Positions 1 through 9,199 of a stretch of DNA of 64,000 bases are shown here, piece after piece; positions within the stretch are counted from its first letter, which is position 1; each line of letters opens with the position of its first letter. This DNA is from Chthoniobacterales bacterium. GTDB taxonomy: Bacteria; Verrucomicrobiota; Verrucomicrobiia; Chthoniobacterales; DASVRZ01. Under the pieces are notes generated by a model, which was given only the letters and a program-made list of their open reading frames with translations, ran no database searches and was not told the DNA's origin. A program made the position numbers and the translations under genes. Location: NCBI GenBank assembly GCA_038228695.1, contig JBBRPA010000012.1, positions 82-64,081 of the forward strand, given 5' to 3'.

Positions 1-61
1 GAATTCCTCACTGCCGAACCCGAAGTGAAGTCACTTTAAAACGCTTCACCGTAAATCAGAT

Positions 62-89
62 TTGCAGAAAAGCGGAAAATCTGCATACT
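62..89 (+). promoter_or_regulatory. sigma70-like promoter with operator palindrome for the first TA operon
   Basis: TTGCAG(62-67)-16 nt-CATACT(84-89), 6 nt before ATG 96; inverted repeat TGCAGA(63-68)/TCTGCA(80-85) overlaps both boxes. Confidence 0.55.
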
Positions 90-95
90 GACGAC

Positions 96-320
96 ATGAT
101 TAGGACTCTTTCCGTCTCGGGCCGCGGGGTCATTGCTTTACCAGCGGAAATGAGGAAAGCCGCTGGCATCCGCCCGCAAGACAGCCTGATTGCGGAGACG
201 ACGCCCGAGGGCATCTTGCTCCGGCCCGCGGTGATTCTGCCCGTGGAAATTTACAGCGCGGAGCGAGTTGCCGAGTTCGACGCCGGCGAGGCGGAACTGG
301 CGAAGGTCCTCGCAACCTAA
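96..320 (+). CDS. AbrB/MazE/SpoVT-family antitoxin (VapB-type)
   Basis: 74 aa, N-terminal 'SGRGVIALPAEMRKAAGI...D...EGILLRP' swapped-hairpin pattern; directly upstream of a PIN gene. Confidence 0.85.
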   Translation: MIRTLSVSGRGVIALPAEMRKAAGIRPQDSLIAETTPEGILLRPAVILPVEIYSAERVAEFDAGEAELAKVLAT

Positions 321-338
321 GTTCCCCAGACCTCGCCG

Positions 339-761
339 ATGCGACTCTTTCTGGATGCCAATATCCTCTTCTCCGCAGCCAAGAGCCAAGGAGCGGTGCG
401 GAGATTTTTGGCGACTCTGCGCGCACAAGGTCACTCTTTGGTGGCAGACGGCTACGTGATCGGCGAGGCGCAGAGAAACTTGGAAGCAAAATTTCCCCCG
501 TCCGTCCGCGAGCTTGAGTCCCTCCTCCTCGGCGTAGAGGTTGCGGTCAAGGTCGCCGCCCCACTCGCTCCTGAACTTTGCCCAGAATTACCGCAAAAAG
601 ACCGCCCCGTATTGGCGGCCGCCATCCTCAACGGCTGCGACGGGTTACTCACCGGAGATAAAACCCACTTTGCTTCACTCTACGGCAAGACCGTGACCGG
701 GGTCACCGGGGTCACGATCCAATCGCCGGCCAGTTTGGCCCAACGTTCCACGCCACAATAG
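339..761 (+). CDS. PIN-domain toxin (VapC-like)
   Basis: 'MRLFLDANILFS', 'GEAQRNL', 'KDRPVL', 'LLTGDKTH' acidic PIN motifs. Confidence 0.85.
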   Translation: MRLFLDANILFSAAKSQGAVRRFLATLRAQGHSLVADGYVIGEAQRNLEAKFPPSVRELESLLLGVEVAVKVAAPLAPELCPELPQKDRPVLAAAILNGCDGLLTGDKTHFASLYGKTVTGVTGVTIQSPASLAQRSTPQ

Positions 762-800
762 AACTCGAAATCAAAGAGCAGGCGTGCCAAATGGAGAACC

Positions 801-828
801 TTGACGTAATAACATCCGTAGCTACGTT
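801..828 (+). promoter_or_regulatory. sigma70-like promoter/operator of the second TA operon
   Basis: TTGACG(801-806)-16 nt-TACGTT(823-828), 6 nt before ATG 835; imperfect palindrome ACGTAATAAC...GTAGCTACGT. Confidence 0.55.
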
Positions 829-834
829 GCTCCT

Positions 835-1062
835 ATGACGATCGAACTGAAACTTCGCAAAGTAGGCAACTCGGTGGGACTCGTTCTGCCGAAAGAAGCG
901 CTCGCGCATTTGAAGGTGGCCGAGGGTGATACGGTGACGCTGACCGAGTCGCAGGATGGCGTGCGGCTGACGGCGGGTAATCCAGAGTTTGCCAAATCCA
1001 TGGCGGTGTTTGAGAGCTTGAACCGTCGGTATCGCAACGCACTGCGCGAGCTGGCCAAATGA
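835..1062 (+). CDS. AbrB/MazE-family antitoxin of a Doc module
   Basis: 'LRKVGNSVGLVLPKE' motif, C-terminal 'RYRNALRELAK'; ATGA overlap with doc. Confidence 0.9.
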   Translation: MTIELKLRKVGNSVGLVLPKEALAHLKVAEGDTVTLTESQDGVRLTAGNPEFAKSMAVFESLNRRYRNALRELAK

Positions 1063-1445
1063 AGCCGCCCTATTGGCTGACGCGCGAGGAATGTCTCGCT
1101 TTGCACGACATGATGCTGTCGCACTACGGCGGCAGCGCTGGCGTACGCGATGAAAATATGCTGGAATCCGCCTTGGCCAAGCCACAACAACTATTTCACT
1201 ACAGCGAGCCGACGATGGCACAGCTCGGGGCCGCTTACGCTGCGGGGATCGTGAAGAATCACCCCTTCCTCGATGGCAATAAACGCACTGGCTTCATGAT
1301 GGGCGCGGGTTTTCTGGAACGGAACGGGTTCGAGGTTTACGCAACGGAGACGGAGGCGGTGACGCGCACGCTGGCGCTGGCGGCGGGCGAAATGACCGAG
1401 GCAGCTTATGCGGATTGGTTGAAAGCGAATTCGAAACCCGCATGA
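1059..1445 (+). CDS. doc: Fic/Doc death-on-curing toxin
   Basis: Doc-type Fic motif HPFLDGNKRTG, 'GVRDENMLESAL'. Confidence 0.92.
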   Translation: MKPPYWLTREECLALHDMMLSHYGGSAGVRDENMLESALAKPQQLFHYSEPTMAQLGAAYAAGIVKNHPFLDGNKRTGFMMGAGFLERNGFEVYATETEAVTRTLALAAGEMTEAAYADWLKANSKPA

Positions 1446-1726
1446 ACCATCGCGGATGACCGGCGTATAAAAGAGCAGCCAATCTGATTGGTTGAATTCA
1501 CGCTTTGGTCGAGGTAACCCCGGGCCAAACTTTTCCACTGGGCGCGAGTAAATCCCCTCGGCGGTTGAGGGAGAAGGCGGGGCTTTTTCCAGTGCGCGGT
1601 CTTTTTTGGGATTTCGGGACGGGAAAACTTGTGCGTTCGCGGCGATCTCTCTTATACTAGATGAGGTTGGTTTTGTTTGCCGCCGACCAACGAAATTCAT
1701 CACCCGTCATTCAGCTTAAAAAAATT

Positions 1727-2851
1727 ATGCCCGTTATCTCCAGAGGACTCGAAGGAATCATTGCCGCAGAAACCCGCATCGGAGACGTTCGTGGCGACAT
1801 TGGTCAGCTCATTTATCAAGGCTACGACATCAACGAACTCGCCGGCAAAGTGAGCTACGAGGAAGTGGTTTACCTCCTTTGGCATGGCAATCTCCCTAAT
1901 CAGAAACAACTCGCCGGGCTAACCACCGCGCTCCGTGCCGAACGCGAGCTGCCCCAGGGCTTGATCGACTTTCTCGCCACCGCACCCAAGAGCGCCGCGC
2001 CGATCGACATCATGCGCACCGCCGTGAGCATGCTAGGTTGCTATCCCACGCTGCGGCACGACCTCGAAATGAGCGAGAATCTCGCCATCGCGATCAAACT
2101 CGTCTCGCAGATTGGCATCATCGCCGCCTATTTTCATCGGGCCCGGCAAGGTCTGGAATTGCCGCCGATCCGCAAAGACTTGAGCGAGGCCGGCCATTTC
2201 CTCTGGTTGATGACTGGTGAGGAACCGACCGCCGACGCCACCGCGACGTTGGATGTGGCGTATGTTTTGCACGCCGAGCACGGCTTCAACGCCTCGACTT
2301 TCACCGCGCGCGTCGTGGCCTCGACCATGTCGGACATTTATTCCTCTGCCAGCGCGGCGATCGGCGCACTGAAAGGTCCGCTCCACGGCGGTGCGAACGA
2401 AGGCGTGATCCACATGTTGCAAGAGATCGGCAGTCTCGAAAAAGTGGATTCCTACATTGCCGACGCGCTCGCTCAGAAGAAAAAAATCATGGGCATCGGC
2501 CATCGCGTTTACAAAGTGCTCGACCCGCGTGCGCCACATCTCAAAGCGATGGGCATCAAACTTTCTAACGAACTCGGCGAGCCGAAATGGATCCAAATGT
2601 CCGAACGCATTGCGACGATCATGAAGGAGCAAAAAGGTCTCAACGCCAACGTCGATTTCTACTCCGCCACCGTTTATTACAGCCTCGGCATTCCGACCGA
2701 TTTGTTTACGCCGATCTTTGCGATTGCCCGCATGAGCGGTTGGACCGCGCACATCCTCGAGCAACTGGCCGACAACCGTCTTTTCCGTCCGCTCAGCGAA
2801 TACGTCGGGCCCGCCGTCGGTCGGACGGTCGTTCCGCTCGCGGATCGCTAA
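1727..2851 (+). CDS. gltA: citrate synthase (citrate/2-methylcitrate synthase family)
   Basis: 'GLEGI', 'HAEHGFNASTF', 'GPLHGGANE', 'GIGHRVY', 'NVDFYS'; start moved to ATG 1727. Confidence 0.9.
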   Translation: MPVISRGLEGIIAAETRIGDVRGDIGQLIYQGYDINELAGKVSYEEVVYLLWHGNLPNQKQLAGLTTALRAERELPQGLIDFLATAPKSAAPIDIMRTAVSMLGCYPTLRHDLEMSENLAIAIKLVSQIGIIAAYFHRARQGLELPPIRKDLSEAGHFLWLMTGEEPTADATATLDVAYVLHAEHGFNASTFTARVVASTMSDIYSSASAAIGALKGPLHGGANEGVIHMLQEIGSLEKVDSYIADALAQKKKIMGIGHRVYKVLDPRAPHLKAMGIKLSNELGEPKWIQMSERIATIMKEQKGLNANVDFYSATVYYSLGIPTDLFTPIFAIARMSGWTAHILEQLADNRLFRPLSEYVGPAVGRTVVPLADR

Positions 2852-2878
2852 CATCGCCCGCCGAGGAAATAGCGCGGG

Positions 2879-3475
2879 CTACATTTGCTGCGCAGCCACC
2901 GAGACCATCTCGTTGCGCGGAGCTTCGAGGGACGGCAGAGGAGCATTAACGATATTAATCTCCGCGCCGAGGCCGACCCGATCGTAGAGCTGAATGACGT
3001 CGGCGGATTTCATCCGGATACAACCGTAGCTAGCAGGCGTGCCGATGCGCCATTCCTCGGGAGTGCCGTGAATGTAGATGGTGCGGGCGAAAGAGTGGGC
3101 GTTGCACCGCTCCAATCCATCGAGCCAAAGAATGCGGGTGACGATCGGATCACGCCCGGGAGCGTTTGGGCGAAGGATTTCGCCGGTCGGCCGGCGGCTC
3201 TTGAAGACGGCCCCGAGAGGAGCGCCGTCGCCAATTTTTTTCCGCACTTGGAGTCGTCCGAGTGGCGTCGCGTTGCTCCCGCGTCGGTCGCCTAACCCGA
3301 ACTTCGAGGTGGAGACGGCATACTCGGAAATGAGGCGTCCTTTCTCAAAAACGCGCATTTTTTGATCTGGAACACTCACAATCACGGTGTGGTCGCGATC
3401 GCGATACGAGCAACCGCCGAGAAAAAGCAGCCCGATAACGAGAAAAAGAACCGTTTTGTTAGGAATGACACTCAA
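2879..3475 (-). CDS. L,D-transpeptidase (YkuD family) lipoprotein
   Basis: lipobox LGGC; catalytic 'IYIHGT...PASYGCIRM'. Confidence 0.9.
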   Translation of the reverse strand: MSVIPNKTVLFLVIGLLFLGGCSYRDRDHTVIVSVPDQKMRVFEKGRLISEYAVSTSKFGLGDRRGSNATPLGRLQVRKKIGDGAPLGAVFKSRRPTGEILRPNAPGRDPIVTRILWLDGLERCNAHSFARTIYIHGTPEEWRIGTPASYGCIRMKSADVIQLYDRVGLGAEINIVNAPLPSLEAPRNEMVSVAAQQM

Positions 3476-3505
3476 AATTCGTCTCCGGTGAGGAAGTTTA
3501 CGTTC

Positions 3506-3522
3506 TTGGCAACCATATTGCT
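3506..3522 (+). promoter_or_regulatory. putative sigma54 (-24/-12) promoter of the kinase operon
   Basis: TTGGCAACCATATTGCT: GG-N10-GC spacing with TGGCA and TTGCT boxes, 23 nt before ATG 3546. Confidence 0.5.
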
Positions 3523-3545
3523 ATGGAAGAGAGACTAGATTCTCG

Positions 3546-5516
3546 ATGAATTCATCCGAAAACTCAACTCAGCATCCTGCGGCTCCGTCCGACGCGGTTT
3601 ACCGCAGCATCGTCGAGCACGCCATCGAGGGGATTTTTCAGACCGCTCCGGATGGTCACTACCTACTCGCGAATCCGGCCTTGGCGCACATTTACGGATA
3701 CACCTCGGTCGAGGAACTTCGCAGCGGGGTGAGTGAGATCGCCCGCCAACTGTATGTGGACCCGGCACGACGCGACGAATTCATCCGGTTGATGAATGAA
3801 AAGGACGCCGTCTGGGGTTTTGAGTCGCCGATTTATCGGAAAGACGGAAGCGTAATTTGGATTTCCGAAAATGTCCGAGTGATTCGGGATGAAAACGGCG
3901 GGGTGCTTTATTACGAAGGGACCGTGGAGGATATTTCCGATCGCAAAAACGCGGAGGAAGCGTTGCGTCGGGCGAAGACCGCAGCCGAAGAGGCGAGCCG
4001 ATCGAAGAGTCAGTTTCTCGCAAATATGAGCCACGAGTTGCGCACGCCGCTGAACGCGATCATCGGCTACAGCGAATTACTCCACGAAGAAGCCGAGGAA
4101 ATGGGCGAGCGAAGTTTCTGCGAGGACCTGCGGAAAATCGAAAAGGCGGGCAAACATCTGCTCGAGTTGATCAACGGCGTGCTCGACATCGCGAAAATCG
4201 AAGCGGGTAAAATGGAGATCCACGTCGAGGAATTCGAAATTGGCTCTATGCTAGCAGAAGTCGCTAGTACTATCCGCCCCGTGATCGAAAAGAAGGGCAA
4301 CCAGATCACGATCGAGGCCGCCGCCGATCTCGGCAACATGGCAACCGATCTAACCAAGTTACGGCAATCGCTTTTCAATCTGCTCGGCAACGCCGGGAAA
4401 TTTACCGAGAACGGAGAGGTCATCCTGTCGGCCGTGCGCGAAAGCGACGGCAATTGGATCCGCTTCGACGTGCGCGACACCGGCATCGGCATGTCGCCCG
4501 AGCAGTCGGCGCGCATCTTCGAGGCCTTTACCCAAGCAGATTCATCAACCACACGAAAGTTTGGTGGAACCGGCCTCGGCCTTACCATCACGCGCGAGTT
4601 TTGCCGACTAATTGGAGGAGAGGCGTCGGTCGTTAGTACGCCCGGCGCTGGATCCACTTTTACCCTTCGCTTACCCGCACGATTCATCGCCCCAGCCGTT
4701 TCCTTCCCAGATGACGCGCCGTCCGATTTGCTCGCGGTTACGCCAGAGGATGAGGGTGACCGACCCATTGTCCTGCTGATCGACGACGATCTAACCATTC
4801 ATGACCTCGTCCGGCGTTTCCTCGACAAGGAAGGCTTCCGCACCGTCTGCTCACAAAACGGCGCCGAAGGCATCGAACTAGCCTTGCAACTCCAACCCTC
4901 GGTCATCGTTCTCGATGTCATGATGCCAACGATGGACGGCTGGACCGTGCTCTCGCGCCTGAAGGGTGATCCCGCCCTCGCAGAGATTCCGGTCGTCATG
5001 CTAACCATGGTCGATAACAAAGCCATGGGTTACACCCTCGGCGTGGATGATTACATGCTCAAACCGATTGAGCGGGTGGACTTTGTGGGAGTACTCCGGA
5101 AATTCTGCGATCAAAGCAACCCCGGAGCGGTGTTAGTAGTCGAGGACGACGACACTTCCCGCGAACTCGTGCGCGATCTTCTCGAAAAAGACCACTTCTC
5201 CGTGATCGAAGCGCGCAACGGGCTCGAGGGTCTGGAGCGCGTCGCAAGCGTTGTCCCGACGTTGATCCTGCTCGATCTCATGATGCCGGAAATGGACGGG
5301 TTTGAATTTGCCGCCACCGTCCGCAAAAACCCGCGGCTCGCCCATGTGCCGATCGTGGTTATGACCGCCAAAGACATCACTCCCGAAGATCGGCTGCGGT
5401 TGGACGGAAACGTTTCCCGCGTGATGCAAAAGGGTCTCTACGATCGCGGTGAATTGCTTACCGAAATCCGCAACCGCATTGCCCGAAGTCCGCGACCTAA
5501 CCAACTTGCCGCCTAA
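3546..5516 (+). CDS. cytoplasmic hybrid histidine kinase (PAS-HisKA-HATPase-REC-REC)
   Basis: PAS '[12 protein letters not shown]', H-box 'SHELRTPLN', N/G boxes 'NAGKFT','DTGIG','GGTGLGL', two receivers 'LDVMMP' and 'LDLMMP'; no TM segment seen. Confidence 0.93.
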   Translation: MNSSENSTQHPAAPSDAVYRSIVEHAIEGIFQTAPDGHYLLANPALAHIYGYTSVEELRSGVSEIARQLYVDPARRDEFIRLMNEKDAVWGFESPIYRKDGSVIWISENVRVIRDENGGVLYYEGTVEDISDRKNAEEALRRAKTAAEEASRSKSQFLANMSHELRTPLNAIIGYSELLHEEAEEMGERSFCEDLRKIEKAGKHLLELINGVLDIAKIEAGKMEIHVEEFEIGSMLAEVASTIRPVIEKKGNQITIEAAADLGNMATDLTKLRQSLFNLLGNAGKFTENGEVILSAVRESDGNWIRFDVRDTGIGMSPEQSARIFEAFTQADSSTTRKFGGTGLGLTITREFCRLIGGEASVVSTPGAGSTFTLRLPARFIAPAVSFPDDAPSDLLAVTPEDEGDRPIVLLIDDDLTIHDLVRRFLDKEGFRTVCSQNGAEGIELALQLQPSVIVLDVMMPTMDGWTVLSRLKGDPALAEIPVVMLTMVDNKAMGYTLGVDDYMLKPIERVDFVGVLRKFCDQSNPGAVLVVEDDDTSRELVRDLLEKDHFSVIEARNGLEGLERVASVVPTLILLDLMMPEMDGFEFAATVRKNPRLAHVPIVVMTAKDITPEDRLRLDGNVSRVMQKGLYDRGELLTEIRNRIARSPRPNQLAA

Positions 5517-5529
5517 CCGTATTTTTCCG

Positions 5530-5913
5530 ATGCCAAAAATACTTCTCGTCGAGGACAATGAAATGAACCGGGACATGCTTTCGCGCCGGCTCATCCGTCG
5601 CGGTTTCGACGTACTCATCGCGGTCGATGGCGCGGAGGGTGTGAAATTTTCCGCTGAGCAAATGCCCGACCTCGTCATTATGGACATGAGTCTGCCGGTG
5701 CTCGACGGCTGGGAAGCGACCCGCCAGATCAAGGCCGGTTCAGCCACCCAATCCATCCCAGTACTCGCGCTCACCGCGCACGCCATGGCGGGCGAACGCG
5801 ATAAGGCGCTCGACGCCGGTTGCGACGATTACGACACCAAGCCAGTGGATTTCGTCCGCCTGACCGAAAAAATCGACCGCCTCCTGAAAGCACCCGGCGC
5901 GGCTCATTCCTAA
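5530..5913 (+). CDS. single-domain response regulator (DivK-like)
   Basis: 'KILLVEDNEMNRDML', 'MDMSLP', 'ALTAHAM', 'TKPV'; start moved to ATG 5530. Confidence 0.92.
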   Translation: MPKILLVEDNEMNRDMLSRRLIRRGFDVLIAVDGAEGVKFSAEQMPDLVIMDMSLPVLDGWEATRQIKAGSATQSIPVLALTAHAMAGERDKALDAGCDDYDTKPVDFVRLTEKIDRLLKAPGAAHS

Positions 5914-5919
5914 CCAGCG

Positions 5920-8340
5920 ATGAACCTGCAAATCGATCCACCGGTTCAGCCCGATCTCCAGCAGGAGTTACACCAATTACGCACGCCGCTGAACCAGATC
6001 ATTGGCTTCAGTGAAATGCTTCAGGAGATTGCCCAGGAAGATGGGCGTCCGGACTTGATGGATGGGTTCGCCGGGATTTGCTCTGCGGGCATCGAACTCA
6101 CCGCGCTGCTCGGTGATCCGCGACTCGTTTCTCTCGGCACCGATCCGAATCACGAATACTGGCCGCTGGTGGATGCAGCGCGCTCGCCGATCAGCCGGGT
6201 AACGGGATTTGCCGATATCGTTCTCGGCGAACCTCCCGACAGCCCAGTCGCTGCTTACGTGCCGGACATCGAAAAAATCCGCTATGCGGCCTCGCAGTTT
6301 TTCGAACTCGCTCGCTCCAGCCGAATCATGATTCGCATCGAATCGGCCCGTGACTGGTCGTCGGCCGGCTCACCCCGCGCTTCCGAATTAGCGTCGGAAC
6401 ACGCCGGGCGCGTCCTCATTGTGGACGATGAAAATTTGAACCGCGAAATCCTCTGCCGCCGGCTCGTTCGCGAAGGCTACACCCCGGTCGGAGTCGCTAG
6501 TGGCAAAAGCGCGCTGGAGCGACTCGCCCAAGAGCGCTTCGACATTGTTCTGCTCGACATCATGATGCCCGGGATGGGAGGGATCGAGGTCCTGCAAGCG
6601 ATCAAAGACGATCCCTCGCTGCGTCACTTACCCGTACTCATGCTTTCGGCGCTGACCGACGTGGATCGCGTTGCCCGTTGTGTCGAGCTGGGTGCAGAGG
6701 ATTACCTGCCCAAGCCAGTGAACGCCGTCCTTCTTCGTGCACGACTAGGTGCTTGCCTAGAAAAGAAACGGTTGCGCGACATCGAACAGGCCAGCCTGCG
6801 AGCCATTGATTCGGAGAAGGAAATGCTGAGCGTCACGCTGCAATCACTGGTGGACGCGGTGGTTACGACTGACGCCGAAGGCCGGATCGTTCTCTTCAAC
6901 CACGGCGCGCAAAATCTGACCGGGTGCTCCAGCAGCGCCGCCGAAGGGCAACCGTTTGCTAGTATTTTCCCAATTTTCGATCGCGCCACAAATGTTCCCT
7001 CACTCGATCTGGCCCTCGAAGTGATGAGAGACGAACGGATCATCGAATCGACCGGCGGACACGCCATGTCCACTCCTAGCGGCGAGCGATTAGTGGCCAC
7101 CCACGGAGCGCCCATCCGCACTTCGGACGGCGCAATTATCGGCACCGTGGTCGTCGTGCGCGACGTGACCGAGAAGGAAAAAATCGCGGGCGAAGTGTTG
7201 CGATCGAGCAAGCTAGAATCCATTGGCGTATTAGCCGGCGGCCTAGCCCACGACTTCAACAATATGCTCACGGCCGTTCTCGGCAATCTTTCGCTGCTCC
7301 GACATGAAGCGGGCGGGCTACCGAGGATTTCCCACTGTCTCGATGAGGCCGAGCAGGGAGCTTTGCGGGCGCGGGATCTTGCCCAATATCTTCTCACTTT
7401 CTCGGAAGGGGGTGCGCCGATGAAACGCGTTATCGAGGCTGCGCAAATTCTCCGTGAGACGACTGAGTTTGTTGTGCGCGGTTCTCGGGTCGATTGCAAT
7501 TTCGAGATCGCGGCAGACCTCTGGAAAGTGCAGGCCGATCCGGGACAACTGACCCAATCCATTTCCAATGTGGTCCTGAACGCATCCCAAGCCATGCTCG
7601 AGGGAGGTACGATTTTTCTCGCTGCGGAAAACCTCCAGTTGCCCTCCGACAATTGCCATCAACTCGCCCCTGGCTCCTATATTTCCATCTCCATCGCCGA
7701 CACCGGAGTGGGCATCAGCCCGGAAAATCTCCCGCGCATTTACGATCCGTTCTTTACCACCCGCAACCAGGCCCGCGGGCTCGGACTCGCCGCCACCTAC
7801 TCCATTATGCACCGGCACGGTGGATCGATCGAAGTGGAGTCCACGCCGGGTTTTGGCACGCGCGTCCGCCTTATTTTACCCGCCCTCGAGCAGACGCCGG
7901 AATTGCCCTTCGAACTGATTACCAATCCGACCGAGACGGCTTCCGAAAATCCCGACCCACGCAAAATCCGCCGCGTGCTCGTGATGGACGACGAAGAACC
8001 CATTCGCGAAGTCTGCAAAAGCCTGCTCGACCTGCTCGATTACGAAGTGACGACCACGGCGGATGGGGCGGAAGCCCTCGCCGCCTTTGCTCACGCGGAG
8101 CAATCCGGACAACCTTTCGACCTGATCATTTCCGATCTCACCGTGCCCGGCGGCATGGGTGGCGCAGAAACTATTCGCCGCATTCGCGAAAGTGGCTCCA
8201 GAGTTCGCGCCATCGTCTCCAGTGGTTACTCGAACGGACCGGTGATGAGCCATCCTGCCGAGCACGGATTCGACGCCGTCCTGCCGAAGCCTTACCGACT
8301 ACACGACCTCGAAGCTGTTCTGCAAAAAGTCGCGGCTTGA
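5920..8340 (+). CDS. multi-domain hybrid kinase (DHp-like, REC, PAS, HisKA, HATPase, REC)
   Basis: N-terminal 'HQLRTPLNQIIGFSEML', REC 'LDIMMP', PAS, H-box 'AHDFNNML', 'DTGVG','GLGL', C-terminal REC 'SDLTVPGG'. Confidence 0.9.
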   Translation: MNLQIDPPVQPDLQQELHQLRTPLNQIIGFSEMLQEIAQEDGRPDLMDGFAGICSAGIELTALLGDPRLVSLGTDPNHEYWPLVDAARSPISRVTGFADIVLGEPPDSPVAAYVPDIEKIRYAASQFFELARSSRIMIRIESARDWSSAGSPRASELASEHAGRVLIVDDENLNREILCRRLVREGYTPVGVASGKSALERLAQERFDIVLLDIMMPGMGGIEVLQAIKDDPSLRHLPVLMLSALTDVDRVARCVELGAEDYLPKPVNAVLLRARLGACLEKKRLRDIEQASLRAIDSEKEMLSVTLQSLVDAVVTTDAEGRIVLFNHGAQNLTGCSSSAAEGQPFASIFPIFDRATNVPSLDLALEVMRDERIIESTGGHAMSTPSGERLVATHGAPIRTSDGAIIGTVVVVRDVTEKEKIAGEVLRSSKLESIGVLAGGLAHDFNNMLTAVLGNLSLLRHEAGGLPRISHCLDEAEQGALRARDLAQYLLTFSEGGAPMKRVIEAAQILRETTEFVVRGSRVDCNFEIAADLWKVQADPGQLTQSISNVVLNASQAMLEGGTIFLAAENLQLPSDNCHQLAPGSYISISIADTGVGISPENLPRIYDPFFTTRNQARGLGLAATYSIMHRHGGSIEVESTPGFGTRVRLILPALEQTPELPFELITNPTETASENPDPRKIRRVLVMDDEEPIREVCKSLLDLLDYEVTTTADGAEALAAFAHAEQSGQPFDLIISDLTVPGGMGGAETIRRIRESGSRVRAIVSSGYSNGPVMSHPAEHGFDAVLPKPYRLHDLEAVLQKVAA

Positions 8341-8383
8341 GTCCTTGCCTTCGCGGGTGTCCCCCGCTTAATTGAAGGTGGCG

Positions 8384-9199
8384 ATGAATATTCCTCTGGA
8401 GGACGGTTATACGGACGTGCTTGCGAAGGCCCAGCGCGGGCTGGGAATGGCGGACGGTCGACTCACCGAAACGTCCGGGATCACCGCTGCGGAACTGGTG
8501 GCCGCGCGCTCAGGAAACGCCACCCCGGAAATCTTGCGCGCGCTCGCAAAACCGCTCGGACTCGACGCCACCGCGCTCATCCGACTAGCCGAAAAAAACT
8601 ACGCGCCTTCCGTCACAGAGCCCGCCGGGTTCGAAATGTTTAACACGCCATGGGAGGATTTCACCGTCAACTCCTATCTCGTCTGGGATGCAGCTACTCG
8701 CGAAGCCATCGTCTTCGACACCGGGGCCGACGCCACTGCGCTCTTGCATACGATTGTTAGCAACAGTCTGCGCGTCCGCCTCATCCTTCTGACCCACAGC
8801 CACATCGACCACATATTCGAACTGGACCGCGTCATCGAAAAAACCAAGGCCCTGGCTTTCACTCCCGCAGCGGAGCCGGTAGACGGCGCCACCGGATTTC
8901 CACCCGGTCGGAGTTTCTCCTGCGGCTCGCTCCAAGTAGAGACCCTCGCGACCGGGGGACATTCCATAGGCGGCACCACTTTTGTCGTCACTGGCCTAGC
9001 CGTTCCTATTGCGATCGTCGGCGATGCGATCTTTGCTGGCTCGATGGGCGGAGCGGCTGGGAGTTGGAAACTGGCCCTGACTAACAATCGCGAGAAAATA
9101 CTAGCGCTGCCTCCAGAGACCATCCTCTGCCCCGGTCACGGGCCGATCACTTCGGTCGCGTTGGAATTAACTAACAACCCTTTTTTTCCAGCGCAATGA
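8384..9199 (+). CDS. MBL-fold metallo-hydrolase (glyoxalase II-like) with N-terminal helical domain
   Basis: 'THSHIDH', 'GGHS', 'GDAIF', 'PGHG' metal-binding motifs. Confidence 0.88.
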   Translation: MNIPLEDGYTDVLAKAQRGLGMADGRLTETSGITAAELVAARSGNATPEILRALAKPLGLDATALIRLAEKNYAPSVTEPAGFEMFNTPWEDFTVNSYLVWDAATREAIVFDTGADATALLHTIVSNSLRVRLILLTHSHIDHIFELDRVIEKTKALAFTPAAEPVDGATGFPPGRSFSCGSLQVETLATGGHSIGGTTFVVTGLAVPIAIVGDAIFAGSMGGAAGSWKLALTNNREKILALPPETILCPGHGPITSVALELTNNPFFPAQ

